Shown: piece by piece, positions 19,348-29,614 of the stretch
Layout: every line of letters starts with the position of its first letter
Position numbering within the stretch: position 1 is the stretch's first letter
Origin: Promethearchaeota archaeon
GTDB lineage: Archaea; Asgardarchaeota; Lokiarchaeia; Sigyniarchaeales; SOKP01
Assembly (NCBI GenBank): GCA_048939995.1
Contig: JBHLOY010000008.1
Span: forward strand, 64,001 to 128,000
Direction of reading: 5' to 3'
Length of the DNA: 64,000 nucleotides
Position numbers and translations under genes: made by a program
Notes under the pieces: generated by a model
The model's input: only the letters and a program-made list of their open reading frames with translations
What the model was told of the DNA's origin: nothing
Database searches by the model: none

Positions 19348-19570
19348 TCAATTTTAATTAAATTATTCTTTTCTTTTTTTTTAATGCTTTTTTTTAACGC
19401 TACGAGATCATTCTCATTTTTTAAAATTGATAATTTTTTTACATATAATTATAATGTTATAAAATATAATTAATATGTTAAAATGTATAACCTCTATTAT
19501 GTAATAAACGAGCTTATACTTAATAACAGGGATAGGGAAGTGAACTTTCATAACTACAATTGAAAAATCA

Positions 19571-22183
19571 ATGAAAAATTATCAAAGGATACTAGAAAGT
19601 GCAAAGGATATCATAGGCATTGTTAATGAAGATTTTGTTATTGAATACCTTAATGAAAAAGCTCTAAAAACAATTTTAGGATATTCAATCTCAGATGGTA
19701 TTGGAAAATCGGGATTAGAGTTCGTCCATCCTGATGACGTAAAAAAAGCGATTAATAGCTTAAAAAAAGGTTTGGAATTTGGTCAAAATAGCGAACAGAT
19801 TAGATTTAGGCATAAGAATGGTCAATATATATGGTTTGAAGCCACAGGAAATGTTTTTAAGGATGAAAAGGGTCAATATAAAAGAAGTGTAATTCTAAGA
19901 GATATTCATCAAAAAAAGATGATTGAAGAAAAATTAAAGGCATCAGAAGAGAAATATAAGTTAATATCAGAAAATGCTAACGATCTTATACGATTACTTA
20001 ATTCTAAGTTTGAAATTGAATATATAAATGAAAATGCTCATAAAAAGTTTCTTGGATATACTAAAAATGATTTAATAGGAAAGTTTGCTGGAGAGTTTTT
20101 ACATCCTAATGATTTTAAAGAATTAGATAAACAGTTAACGCCTATAATTAGATCTGGATCAGGTATAAGGGAAGCAAGAGTTAAACATAAAAATGGTAAT
20201 TGGGTTTGGTTTGAATTTACAAATAAAATCATTCTAGACAAAGATGGAAATAGGAAATTCTTATCAATTTCCAGGGATATTACTGAAAAAAAAAATGCTG
20301 AGACAAAGTTAAAAGAATCTGAAGAAAAATATCGCCTTATTTCCGAAAACGCTTATGATTTAATAGTAATTCTAGATAAACAGTTTAGATATGAATATAT
20401 TAATGAAATAACATTCTTACATATTCTTGGTTATTCTAAAACAGATTTAATTGGAAAATCTGTATTGAATTTTATTCATCCTGATGATATTGAACTTGCT
20501 GTCTCATCTTTAAAAGAGGGCTTTGAGAAAGGTAGGGGATCAGCGGATATCAGGTTTAAACATAAAAATGGAAAATGGGTTTGGTTAGAAGCAAAGGGTA
20601 AGACTTTTTTAGATCAGGACGGAAGAATGAAAGCTCATATTATCTCAAGAGACATTACAGAGAAAAAGATTACTGAACAGAAACTTATGGAATCTGAGGA
20701 GAAGTTTAGAACAATCGCAGAACAATCTTCATTAGGTATTATTATACTTCAAGATGGTTTTATCAAATACGCAAATAAGGCAATATCTGAAATAACAGGT
20801 TATTCAGCTCAAGACTTTAAACATTGGCCCCAAAATGAGTTCTTAAAAAAGATTTATATTGAAGATCAAGCTATTGTCATCGAAAACCTCAAAAAGAAAT
20901 TAGAAGGAAAAACTGACTTAAGTTCACATTATAATTGCCGAATTATTACATCTGCAAATGAGATTAAATGGATAGATTTACATTCTAAACGAATAAATTA
21001 TAAAGGAGTATCAGCTATTTTAGCATCATTTATTGATATCAGTGAAATAAAGTTAGCTGAAAAAAGACTAAAAGAATCAGAAGTCAACTTTCGCGAACTA
21101 TATGAAGAAGCTCCATATGCCTACTTATCAGTAGGTGCCGATAGTACCATATTAAGAGGTAATAACGCTGCATTGAATCTTTTAGGCTATTCTAAGCAGG
21201 AACTAATGAATATGAAAGTATTTGATCTCTACGCAGATACTCCCAGTGGATTATCGAGATCAAAAGAAATATTTAAGCATTTTCTAAAGGGGGAAGAAAT
21301 TAAAAACATTGAACTCCAAATGGAAAAGAAAAATGGTGAGCGTATTTGGGTAAGTCTATCGGTAAAACCAATTTTTGATCAGTCGGGGAAAGTTATAGAA
21401 TCTCGTTCTATGGTTATTGACATTACTGATCGTAAGAATGCAGAACAAAAACTAAGAGATTCAGAACAATTGTATCGTGAAGCTTATGATCGGGCAAATT
21501 TCTATAAAGATTTATTCACTCATGATATAAATAATATTCTTCAAATCATCAATTCTTCTGCCGAACTTATTTCTTATCAGTTAAGCGATACTGAAGATAA
21601 TTTAGATATTAAAAATATTGCTGATATTATAAAGAAACAAGTGCAAAGAGGGGCAAAACTAGTAGGAAATGTTCGAACTTTATCTGAAATTGAGGAAATA
21701 AGTTTAAAGATTGAACCAATTGACGTATGCAAAGTTCTAGCGAGTTCAATTGATTATTTACATAAAGCTTATGCAGAACGTAATGTTAATATCCAAGTTA
21801 ATTGTGAAGAGGATAAGTATGAAGTACATGGAAATGAATTACTAAATGATGTCTTCGATAATCTTTTGATAAATGCAATTAAATATAATCAAAACCTTGA
21901 GGTAGAGATTATAGTAAACATTTTGAGAGAATTAAAAAGAAACATTAATTATATAAAAATTGAGATCATAGATAACGCAGTGGGGATATCTGATCCAAAA
22001 AAGGAAATACTTTTTAAAGAAGGATATAGAATAGAAAAAGGTACTAAAGGTATGGGTTTAGGTTTGTCATTAGTTCATAAAATTATTCAAATGTACAAAG
22101 GAGAAATCTGGGTTGAGAATAGATTCAAAGAAGATTTTACTAAAGGAAGCAAATTTGTTATTTTAATACCCGAATTTAATTGA
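19571..22183 (+). CDS. Cytoplasmic sensor histidine kinase with five PAS domains
   Basis: Repeated HPDD...HKNG.W.W.E...SRDITE units; H-box THDINNILQ; NAIKY and GMGLGL ATPase boxes; no TM segments. Confidence 0.92.
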   Translation: MKNYQRILESAKDIIGIVNEDFVIEYLNEKALKTILGYSISDGIGKSGLEFVHPDDVKKAINSLKKGLEFGQNSEQIRFRHKNGQYIWFEATGNVFKDEKGQYKRSVILRDIHQKKMIEEKLKASEEKYKLISENANDLIRLLNSKFEIEYINENAHKKFLGYTKNDLIGKFAGEFLHPNDFKELDKQLTPIIRSGSGIREARVKHKNGNWVWFEFTNKIILDKDGNRKFLSISRDITEKKNAETKLKESEEKYRLISENAYDLIVILDKQFRYEYINEITFLHILGYSKTDLIGKSVLNFIHPDDIELAVSSLKEGFEKGRGSADIRFKHKNGKWVWLEAKGKTFLDQDGRMKAHIISRDITEKKITEQKLMESEEKFRTIAEQSSLGIIILQDGFIKYANKAISEITGYSAQDFKHWPQNEFLKKIYIEDQAIVIENLKKKLEGKTDLSSHYNCRIITSANEIKWIDLHSKRINYKGVSAILASFIDISEIKLAEKRLKESEVNFRELYEEAPYAYLSVGADSTILRGNNAALNLLGYSKQELMNMKVFDLYADTPSGLSRSKEIFKHFLKGEEIKNIELQMEKKNGERIWVSLSVKPIFDQSGKVIESRSMVIDITDRKNAEQKLRDSEQLYREAYDRANFYKDLFTHDINNILQIINSSAELISYQLSDTEDNLDIKNIADIIKKQVQRGAKLVGNVRTLSEIEEISLKIEPIDVCKVLASSIDYLHKAYAERNVNIQVNCEEDKYEVHGNELLNDVFDNLLINAIKYNQNLEVEIIVNILRELKRNINYIKIEIIDNAVGISDPKKEILFKEGYRIEKGTKGMGLGLSLVHKIIQMYKGEIWVENRFKEDFTKGSKFVILIPEFN

Positions 22184-22188
22184 AAACA

Positions 22189-22818
22189 TTATAATGGTTT
22201 AATTTTGGTAGATTTCCATAATTTTATCCCCTGAATGGCGCCCCAAATAATTAATAAATAGACAGTAACTTTTTGAAATGCCGCATTATAAAGAAATACT
22301 AAAATGTATAATAGAATAATTATTGATATGGTAAATCCAATAACAGCATAATAGTTTTCATACTCCCTATTTAATAATATAGTTATGGAATAAATTAATA
22401 TTGCAGATGCAAAAAGTATAAAGAATAACCTTGTTGTAAATATATGGGGATCAAAAAGAACATTACCCGGAAAAATCGCTAATAATGCGAGATTAGGACA
22501 TGAAAGCAAACCTAATAAAGTTCCTGTAAAGCTAAGATATCTTTCCAGAGTTGTCTTTCTAAATAATGAACTCAATGCACACCAAAAAGGGATTAAAAGG
22601 ATTGCCGTTATTGTACAAGTTGAAGCAAATATTATATAACTCGGGATGCTTGGTTGCCCACTATTATAAGATACAGTATAACCTAAATGACTGAAAAAAT
22701 TATCCCAAAAAGAATAACCTCCAGGATAAATTAACATTGCTAATATTGTTAGAATAATAAATTGGATTCCAGCAATAATTGCAAAAATACTACTATGCTT
22801 TTTTGATAATTTGAACAT
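22189..22818 (-). CDS. DUF998-like membrane protein
   Basis: YPGGYSFWDNFFSHLG motif and about six hydrophobic helices. Confidence 0.7.
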   Translation of the reverse strand: MFKLSKKHSSIFAIIAGIQFIILTILAMLIYPGGYSFWDNFFSHLGYTVSYNSGQPSIPSYIIFASTCTITAILLIPFWCALSSLFRKTTLERYLSFTGTLLGLLSCPNLALLAIFPGNVLFDPHIFTTRLFFILFASAILIYSITILLNREYENYYAVIGFTISIIILLYILVFLYNAAFQKVTVYLLIIWGAIQGIKLWKSTKIKPL

Positions 22819-22882
22819 GTTTCTTCACACTTTAAAATTAGGTTAATTGCTATTTAAAATTAGTTAAAATAATATAAATAAT

Positions 22883-23446
22883 TTAAATTCTTTTTTTTAG
22901 CCAATCTTTTCTAAAAATGCAATATTGATATAAATCGAGATATTCTCCATCAACATATACATGTTTTTTAAAAACTGCTTCTCGATTCATGCCAATTTTT
23001 TCTGCAAGCTTCCAGGATGCTATGTTTCGAGAGATCATATTTGCCGTTATTTTGAATAGATTCAATTCGATGAATCCATAATTAACTATTAATCTTCCAG
23101 CCTCAGTTGCTATGGTTTGTCTGTGATATTTTTTCTCACCAATGAGCAATCCTAAATCCGCTCTTTGATCAATCCATTTAATTTCATTTAGTTCAGCGAA
23201 ACCAATTGGTTTATTATCTTTTATATGATAAATTTCAAAATGGACTTTATCTTTAAATTTAGCCAAAGGTGGGTTTTCAATTGCTTGTTTTAGATCTTCT
23301 ATTATAAAAGGAAAAATGTTACGAGAATAATGTCTTATTATAGCATCATTTTCCCATTTTGCATAAAGTTTTGAATTTTCTGAATTCAGAGCACGTAAAT
23401 CTATTCTCTCTCCGGTAATAAAGACAGGGCTATGATTGTATGTTAT
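22883..23446 (-). CDS. RimJ/RimL GNAT acetyltransferase (paralog 4; probable ATA start)
   Basis: The frame is open upstream of the track start (23266) and encodes PVFITGERIDLRAL...YAKWEND...RHYSRNIFP, collinear with the three neighbouring paralogs. Confidence 0.85.
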   Translation of the reverse strand: MTYNHSPVFITGERIDLRALNSENSKLYAKWENDAIIRHYSRNIFPFIIEDLKQAIENPPLAKFKDKVHFEIYHIKDNKPIGFAELNEIKWIDQRADLGLLIGEKKYHRQTIATEAGRLIVNYGFIELNLFKITANMISRNIASWKLAEKIGMNREAVFKKHVYVDGEYLDLYQYCIFRKDWLKKRI

Positions 23447-24020
23447 ACTTATTCTCCTCTCTATAAATTCTTTCCCAATCCTCCTTTAAAAACCCATATT
23501 TTTTCACATCGATGTATTTGCCTTCTTTATAAATATCAGCTTTAATAATTCCCTCGAATGTAAATCCTAGCTTTTCAGCAACTTTCCATGATCCTACATT
23601 CTCTACTGACACAGTTCCACTAATCTTATGAAGGTTTAACTCCTCAAAACCATATTGGAGGATTAATCGAACAGCATCAGTCGCAATATCGTTGCCCCAG
23701 TATTTAACCTCTCCAATGTAGATAAAGGCATTTGACCATTGATTAACCCAATTAATTCGATTTAACCCACAAGCTCCTATAGGTTTTTGATCTTTCTTAT
23801 GGATAATAGTAAAGCTGAAGTAGTCTCTTAGCTTAATGTCAGGAGGGTTTTCAAATCTGTATTTCATATCTTCGAATATTACTGGAAAGGGACCACGAAA
23901 AAAATGGCGAACTTTGTGATCACTCATCCACTTACAATATAAGTGAACATATTCAGCACTAGACGGCATTAAATCTACAATTTCGCCCTTAATGAATGTA
24001 TTAAAATTTTTATTTTCCAT
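23430..24020 (-). CDS. RimJ/RimL GNAT acetyltransferase (paralog 3)
   Basis: YWGNDIA...YGFEELNLHKI...AEKLGFTFEG. Confidence 0.9.
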   Translation of the reverse strand: MENKNFNTFIKGEIVDLMPSSAEYVHLYCKWMSDHKVRHFFRGPFPVIFEDMKYRFENPPDIKLRDYFSFTIIHKKDQKPIGACGLNRINWVNQWSNAFIYIGEVKYWGNDIATDAVRLILQYGFEELNLHKISGTVSVENVGSWKVAEKLGFTFEGIIKADIYKEGKYIDVKKYGFLKEDWERIYREENKYNIQS

Positions 24021-24032
24021 TTATTATCCTGT

Positions 24033-24608
24033 TTATCCACTTTTTTTAAGCCAATCCCTCTTAAAAAGAGCAAATCGATGGTTATCAACAAACTTTCCAT
24101 CGACATACATTTCTTCCTTCAAGACAGCCTCTTTTTGAAAACCTAACTTTTCAGCTGCTCTTAATGACCTTTTGTTTGGACTAAATATACCAGCATAAAT
24201 TTTATGAAAGTTTAACTCGGTAAAGCCATAGTTGATCAATATATTTGCAGCTTCAACCGCTATTCCTTTTCCCCAGTATTCTGGTTCTCCAATTGAAGCC
24301 CAAATATTAGCATTTAAATTGATCCAATTTATATGGCTGAATCCTGCTTGACCGATAGGTCGTTTATCTGCTTTATGATAGATAGTAAAAACTAGAAATT
24401 CCCTTAAGCCATGATCTTGTTGAGGCTCAAACCATTTTTTAACCTGATCCAGAGTATGTGGAAACATTTGTCGTGCATAATGTCTTACTTCTGGGTTATT
24501 CATCCATTTACAGTATAATTCTTTCCATTTTGAATTCTGAGTAACTAAATCTATTTTATCACCCTCGAGAAATGGATAGACTTCAACTTCTTCTTCTTTT
24601 TCATCCAT
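24033..24608 (-). CDS. RimJ/RimL GNAT acetyltransferase (paralog 2)
   Basis: YWGKGIA...YGFTELNFHKI...AEKLGFQKE. Confidence 0.9.
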   Translation of the reverse strand: MDEKEEEVEVYPFLEGDKIDLVTQNSKWKELYCKWMNNPEVRHYARQMFPHTLDQVKKWFEPQQDHGLREFLVFTIYHKADKRPIGQAGFSHINWINLNANIWASIGEPEYWGKGIAVEAANILINYGFTELNFHKIYAGIFSPNKRSLRAAEKLGFQKEAVLKEEMYVDGKFVDNHRFALFKRDWLKKSG

Positions 24609-24623
24609 CTGTTTTTCACTTTT

Positions 24624-25205
24624 TTATTTATTTTGTTGTTCCTTAAACCAATCTTCTTTAAAAAGAGCAAATTTATGATGATCTACATATTTACCATCGA
24701 CATATGCTTCTCCTTTTAGAATTGCTTCCTTCTGAAAGCCTAGTTTTTCTGCAGCACGAAGGGATCTTTCATTTGGTGAGAATACTCCTGCAAAAATCTT
24801 ATGAAAATTTAATTCTGTAAAACCATAATTTATTACTAATTTCGCAGCTTCCCCTATGATTCCCTTTCCCCAGTATTCCGGTTCTCCTATAAGACCATAG
24901 AGATTTGCATTCCTATTGATCCAATTTATGTGACCAAAACCTAGATCTCCAATCGCTTTCTTATCTTGCTTATGCCAGATGATAAATCCCACCCATTCTG
25001 GCATTTGTCTTCTTGCGGGTGGTTCATTCCACTTTTTAATCTCTTCAATAGAGTGGGGAAACATATTTCTGGAATAATGACGTACTCTCGGATTATTAAT
25101 CCATTTAGCTACAAGATTTGCCCATTGAGATCCTGGTGCTACTAAATCAATCCGATCTCCTTTAATAAACGGAAATGGTTCAATCTCTTCTTTTTTTTCA
25201 TTCAA
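24624..25205 (-). CDS. RimJ/RimL GNAT acetyltransferase (paralog 1)
   Basis: YWGKGI...YGFTELNFHKI...AEKLGFQKE; TTG start. Confidence 0.9.
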   Translation of the reverse strand: MNEKKEEIEPFPFIKGDRIDLVAPGSQWANLVAKWINNPRVRHYSRNMFPHSIEEIKKWNEPPARRQMPEWVGFIIWHKQDKKAIGDLGFGHINWINRNANLYGLIGEPEYWGKGIIGEAAKLVINYGFTELNFHKIFAGVFSPNERSLRAAEKLGFQKEAILKGEAYVDGKYVDHHKFALFKEDWFKEQQNK

Positions 25206-25365
25206 TTACGTTCATCTTTTTTTATTATAGTAGGATACTTTATTTATAAATTGAAACATTAGATTAAAATTTTATTTTTGTTTTCGCAAAATCTTTTACT
25301 TAATTTCTTTTAATTTTACTTTCAAGAATTTTTAGGATTCAAAATTTAATTTCCAGATTCTTAAA

Positions 25366-26568
25366 TTAAAGATATTCATTCTTAACTCTCGTAAATATTG
25401 TGAACACCAAAATAGCAATTCCGTTAATAATGAAAAACCAGAAGATACTCAAATTCTGGACGATAAGTCCAATATATATTGGATAAAGTATTGCCATTGA
25501 AAGGCTTCCAAACATATTTATAGTACTTAACACAGTTGCTCTATTTTCAGATTCAATCTGGTTATTAATGCCATGAGTATATATTAAGAATCGGGGATAA
25601 CCAAATGCTACAATAATGAAGAGAATTCCAATACCAAAAAACAAATTTGTAGTAAGTCCTAATGAGATATATGATAACCCAGAGATTATATCTACGAAAA
25701 TTAGAAACATTAGCTTCTTTTTAATCTTCTGAAGGATTTTCGGAATTAAAACTGAAAATAGTGCATTAACCAAATTTATTGCTGCTAATATATAACCAGC
25801 TTCATTTTGCGTCATACCCAATGTTGCTAAATAAGGTTGATATGTCCAGAATAAGAAAAAAATGAATATATTTATGAATAATCTATCAAAGCATAAGATC
25901 CTTAAGATTTTATTTTTCCTCAACTCTTTAAATCCATCCTTTATAATTTTGAGATAACCTCCAGTATTTTTAATATTATTAACTTTAGGTTCATGGTATG
26001 TTAAAGAAGTGATAAAAGCTCCAATATAGATAATTCCTAAGCATGTCATTGTGAACTGTAAGGATATATATTGAGCGATAATTGAACCTAGGGGAGCTGA
26101 GATGGTTAAGGCAATCAAGTTGAACATCTGAATCTTGCCCATAACGTTAGGTAATTTATCCTCCTCTCCAGATACCTTTAAAGAACTGTACATAAAAGCT
26201 TCTTCAGTACCTGATGCTAATGCTATACTAAATGCCCAAAATGTTTCAGCTAGATAAAATAAAAGCATGAAGGGAACTATACTATATAAGAACGCAGCAA
26301 TAACAACAGTTAAAGCAGATAATGATAATGCTTTTTTCCTCCCTAAAAAATCAGCAATAGCTCCTGAAGGGATTTCAAATACAAATATTATGAACATAAA
26401 ATATCCTTGTAAAGTCATCATTTCTGAATAAGTTAGACCACCCCATTCAGTCATATACCAAAAATATACGCCTCTAACGGTATGAATTCCTAAAATGAAG
26501 TAATATATGTATGATTTAGCTATATTTAATTTGAATTTCCTTTTATCTTCTTCAGTATCTATTAACAT
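25366..26568 (-). CDS. MFS transporter
   Basis: FEIPSGAIADFLGRKK motif A, SGTEEAFMY, RATVLS; about 12 TM helices. Confidence 0.9.
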   Translation of the reverse strand: MLIDTEEDKRKFKLNIAKSYIYYFILGIHTVRGVYFWYMTEWGGLTYSEMMTLQGYFMFIIFVFEIPSGAIADFLGRKKALSLSALTVVIAAFLYSIVPFMLLFYLAETFWAFSIALASGTEEAFMYSSLKVSGEEDKLPNVMGKIQMFNLIALTISAPLGSIIAQYISLQFTMTCLGIIYIGAFITSLTYHEPKVNNIKNTGGYLKIIKDGFKELRKNKILRILCFDRLFINIFIFFLFWTYQPYLATLGMTQNEAGYILAAINLVNALFSVLIPKILQKIKKKLMFLIFVDIISGLSYISLGLTTNLFFGIGILFIIVAFGYPRFLIYTHGINNQIESENRATVLSTINMFGSLSMAILYPIYIGLIVQNLSIFWFFIINGIAILVFTIFTRVKNEYL

Positions 26569-26758
26569 TACTAAAATTCATTGAATTTAATCTTTAAAAA
26601 TTCAATCTTTACATGCTATGTATACTTTTATGATAATTTTTCATTATATTAATAGAACTCTATATGAAGTTATATTGAAGTAGCAAATGGGTTGACAGAA
26701 TTAGTAATTTTAATTCCAAAAAAAAGAAAAAATAGATATTAGGGTGAAATAAGTTTTT

Positions 26759-26971
26759 TTACATTAATTTCATTGCTAAGTCCATATCTTCGAGAGTTAA
26801 TTTCTTCCTCCCAGCATGACGAGTCATTTCTAATGCTTTATTTGTGACAGTTTTAGCTGTTTTTTCTAAATAGTCGATTAGAGCATCTACAGCGTCCCGA
26901 GCCACCATCTCAGCATTGTTATCTTTCATTAACTTTCGGACAGGACTCCAAGCAAAAACTTTTTTTGCCAT
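26759..26971 (-). CDS. Archaeal histone (HMf-like, no tail)
   Basis: FAWSPVRKLMK...AEMVARDAV...HAGRKKLTLEDM histone fold; SD GGAGGA upstream. Confidence 0.93.
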   Translation of the reverse strand: MAKKVFAWSPVRKLMKDNNAEMVARDAVDALIDYLEKTAKTVTNKALEMTRHAGRKKLTLEDMDLAMKLM

Positions 26972-27285
26972 GGGTTTTATTCCTCCACTTTTTAATTTAT
27001 TATATTAAAATCTCAAAGTCCACATTTTTCAACATGAACTTTATTATATTATAATACTTCTTTCAAATATTTAAAAATTGCGTAAGATTTCCGATAGAAT
27101 ATATTTCGGTTAATTGATTCACCCGATCGACAAAAGTGCGATGTCAGAGAAGAAAAGTCGCAGAAATAGATCTGAGTCCTTAGAACAGAGATTTTTTTTA
27201 ATTTTTAATTTAATGGTTTCTGGGTGCTAATCTTCTTTAGAATTTACTTAAAATTAATATCTGGAGTCCCATCATTATAATTTTC

Positions 27286-27849
27286 TTATAGATTTTTACG
27301 CATTACAAGAAAATGTTTTAATTCTTTTTCTACATAAAATCCTTGAGAATGATACATAGAATAGGTCCCATGATAATTATGTGCATCAGATTTTGCGTTC
27401 TTTCTAGGATAACTTTCAATATAATCATAATTTTTGTCTTTAAAGTATTGACAAATATATTTTAATAGTAATGTAGCAACTCCCTTCTTTCTATGTAGAG
27501 ATGAAATTAAGAAGCAAACGATCGATGCTATTTTTTCCGTAGTCTTAACTGGTTCCTCATATATTTGATATTGATAATTTTCTTTTGAGTTAGCATTGCA
27601 CCAACCAATTGGTTTTCCATCTGAATATACTAAAAAACCCTGCATATTGCCAGAAAGTATCAATTCTTTAGATGCATTCCTATTCTGTTCTTTAGTGGTT
27701 TTAGCCCAATCTTCTCTTGAACCCTTAAAATGATAAAATTGGCAATAACAATCAGCCCAATCAGGATTATCGGCAAATCCAATTTCATCAAAAAAGTATA
27801 AAAAATCATTAATTAAGTCTACTGAAAGACATTTGATTTCCAATTCCAT
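27286..27849 (-). CDS. GNAT acetyltransferase
   Basis: WADCYC, PIGWC, IVCFLI...RKKGVA, ESYP. Confidence 0.85.
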   Translation of the reverse strand: MELEIKCLSVDLINDFLYFFDEIGFADNPDWADCYCQFYHFKGSREDWAKTTKEQNRNASKELILSGNMQGFLVYSDGKPIGWCNANSKENYQYQIYEEPVKTTEKIASIVCFLISSLHRKKGVATLLLKYICQYFKDKNYDYIESYPRKNAKSDAHNYHGTYSMYHSQGFYVEKELKHFLVMRKNL

Positions 27850-27918
27850 TGAAAATTCCCTATTTATATATTAAATAAAGCTAATATTTCATTTTTTCTA
27901 ATTGGTTCTATAAAGAAT

Positions 27919-29484
27919 TTATTTTATCCCTCGTGTGTTTACAATCGCATTTAACATTACCTTAAGATTTTCATACATAGTCTCTCTATAATCAGGACCA
28001 ATTTTAAGAAAAAGGATCGAGACTAATTTCTCCTCTAAATCTTCTTCGATATGAAACTCTTCCATTAGCTGAGAAATATTACTATTGCCATCAACTCGTA
28101 ATCCCACTATTATTACTCTCTTCTTACGAATCTTTTTAAGTATCTCAATAAGAATATCTTTCCACTCAGATTCGATATCTTTCTTATTTCTTGCATCAAA
28201 TATCACAAAAACACCATCAGTATTAGCAAGATTAAAGTTACTATAAATAAAATCATTTATAATTAAACCATTCTTAAAGGCGAACAATTTTTCTTGAAGA
28301 CTTTCTTTAATTTTGGAATATTCACCCAAATTGCCCAATTCAACAATTGTTTGGAACCCTGGACTCCAATTTAAATTATCTGAGATAAAAGACAACTCTA
28401 ATATAACTAGTTTTTTTAAAGTAGAAAGGATGACATCTGCTAAATCATCTTTAATTAATTCTTTTTCTTTCTGCTTTACTCTTAAAATATAGTGATAAGC
28501 TATCAATTTAAAAGCATCAGATATGTTGGTACCATTTAAGGCACTTGTTTCTGTATAAGATAAACCATTTTCTGATAATGTGTTAGCTAGTTCTTGACCT
28601 TCCTTAAATGAAACTACTCGTTGAACATCTAAATCTGTTTTATTCCCAACGATTACCATTGGAATTTCTTTTTCTTCAATGAATTCAGTTACCTCATCAT
28701 ACCATTCTTTAAGGTTTTCAAAGCTAGATCGATTAGTAATATCAAAAACTAAGAAAGCAGCCTCAGCTCCAGAATAATAAATCTTTCTGAAACGTTTAAA
28801 ATATTGTTGGGCACCTATATCCCAGAGTGTTAGGTTAATTTCATTTCCTTGGAATGTAAACTTATGTGCCAGGATGTTCAAACCAATTGTGGAGCGATAA
28901 TCCGCGGAAAACTTTCTCTCTATAAACCTTCGAATGATAGAAGTCTTGCCTACTTCATGATCTCCCACAATGACGAATTTGAATGTATATGCCTCTTTTT
29001 CCCCTAGACCACCAATTTGATATATTCTCTGTCTTTCTCTTTCATGCCTTTTAGCCTCAGCTTCAAAATTTGGAATGATTAACTGAATAAGATCATCTTC
29101 TTGTGCATGAAGAATCTCGGCAGTTTTTTCAGCAAGGTAATATGCATATGGAGAGAGATGATCTATTGAAGCCATGCTAGCTAAAATCAAACTTAAAATT
29201 CTTTCTTGATCGATTGATACAAATAAGAGCCTATATTCATCAGTATCAAAACTGGCAGTACCAAATTTCTGAAAAGCAAATTCATTTCTTATTCTTTCAA
29301 GTACCGGATTGATTAAAGTGGTTAGGACTGAAACGATCTCAAGTTCACTACCAACATCTTTTCTTTTTTCTCCCGCAATGATTAATCCTTCAATATCAGA
29401 TATAATAATTGCCTCTACTTCATTAAATCTATCTAAAAAATGTCCGAGTAATTCACGAAATAACTTGTTTCTTTTAATTACCAA
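27919..29484 (-). CDS. Roadblock domain + Rab/Ras-like GTPase + degenerate G-domain fusion (paralog A)
   Basis: N-terminal VEAIIISDIEGLIIA roadblock; G1 GDHEVGKTS, G2 STIG, G3 WDIGAQ, G4 NKTD, G5 ETSAL. Confidence 0.88.
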   Translation of the reverse strand: MVIKRNKLFRELLGHFLDRFNEVEAIIISDIEGLIIAGEKRKDVGSELEIVSVLTTLINPVLERIRNEFAFQKFGTASFDTDEYRLLFVSIDQERILSLILASMASIDHLSPYAYYLAEKTAEILHAQEDDLIQLIIPNFEAEAKRHERERQRIYQIGGLGEKEAYTFKFVIVGDHEVGKTSIIRRFIERKFSADYRSTIGLNILAHKFTFQGNEINLTLWDIGAQQYFKRFRKIYYSGAEAAFLVFDITNRSSFENLKEWYDEVTEFIEEKEIPMVIVGNKTDLDVQRVVSFKEGQELANTLSENGLSYTETSALNGTNISDAFKLIAYHYILRVKQKEKELIKDDLADVILSTLKKLVILELSFISDNLNWSPGFQTIVELGNLGEYSKIKESLQEKLFAFKNGLIINDFIYSNFNLANTDGVFVIFDARNKKDIESEWKDILIEILKKIRKKRVIIVGLRVDGNSNISQLMEEFHIEEDLEEKLVSILFLKIGPDYRETMYENLKVMLNAIVNTRGIK

Positions 29485-29614
29485 CTGAGGCTCCTTTTTA
29501 TTTATGATTAATAATATTCTCAGAATATTCTTACAATTAATATAATAAATCTTATTTTTAAAAATAGTTATTTATAAAAAATAATATTGAAGTAAAAATT
29601 CATTAAAAAAGAAT

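Noticed and set aside
22883-23446. Additional introns or frameshifts in the truncated-looking GNATs (also 43981..44529)
   Set aside because: Both frames are continuous; a non-canonical start explains them. In-frame (3n) introns elsewhere cannot be excluded by eye.
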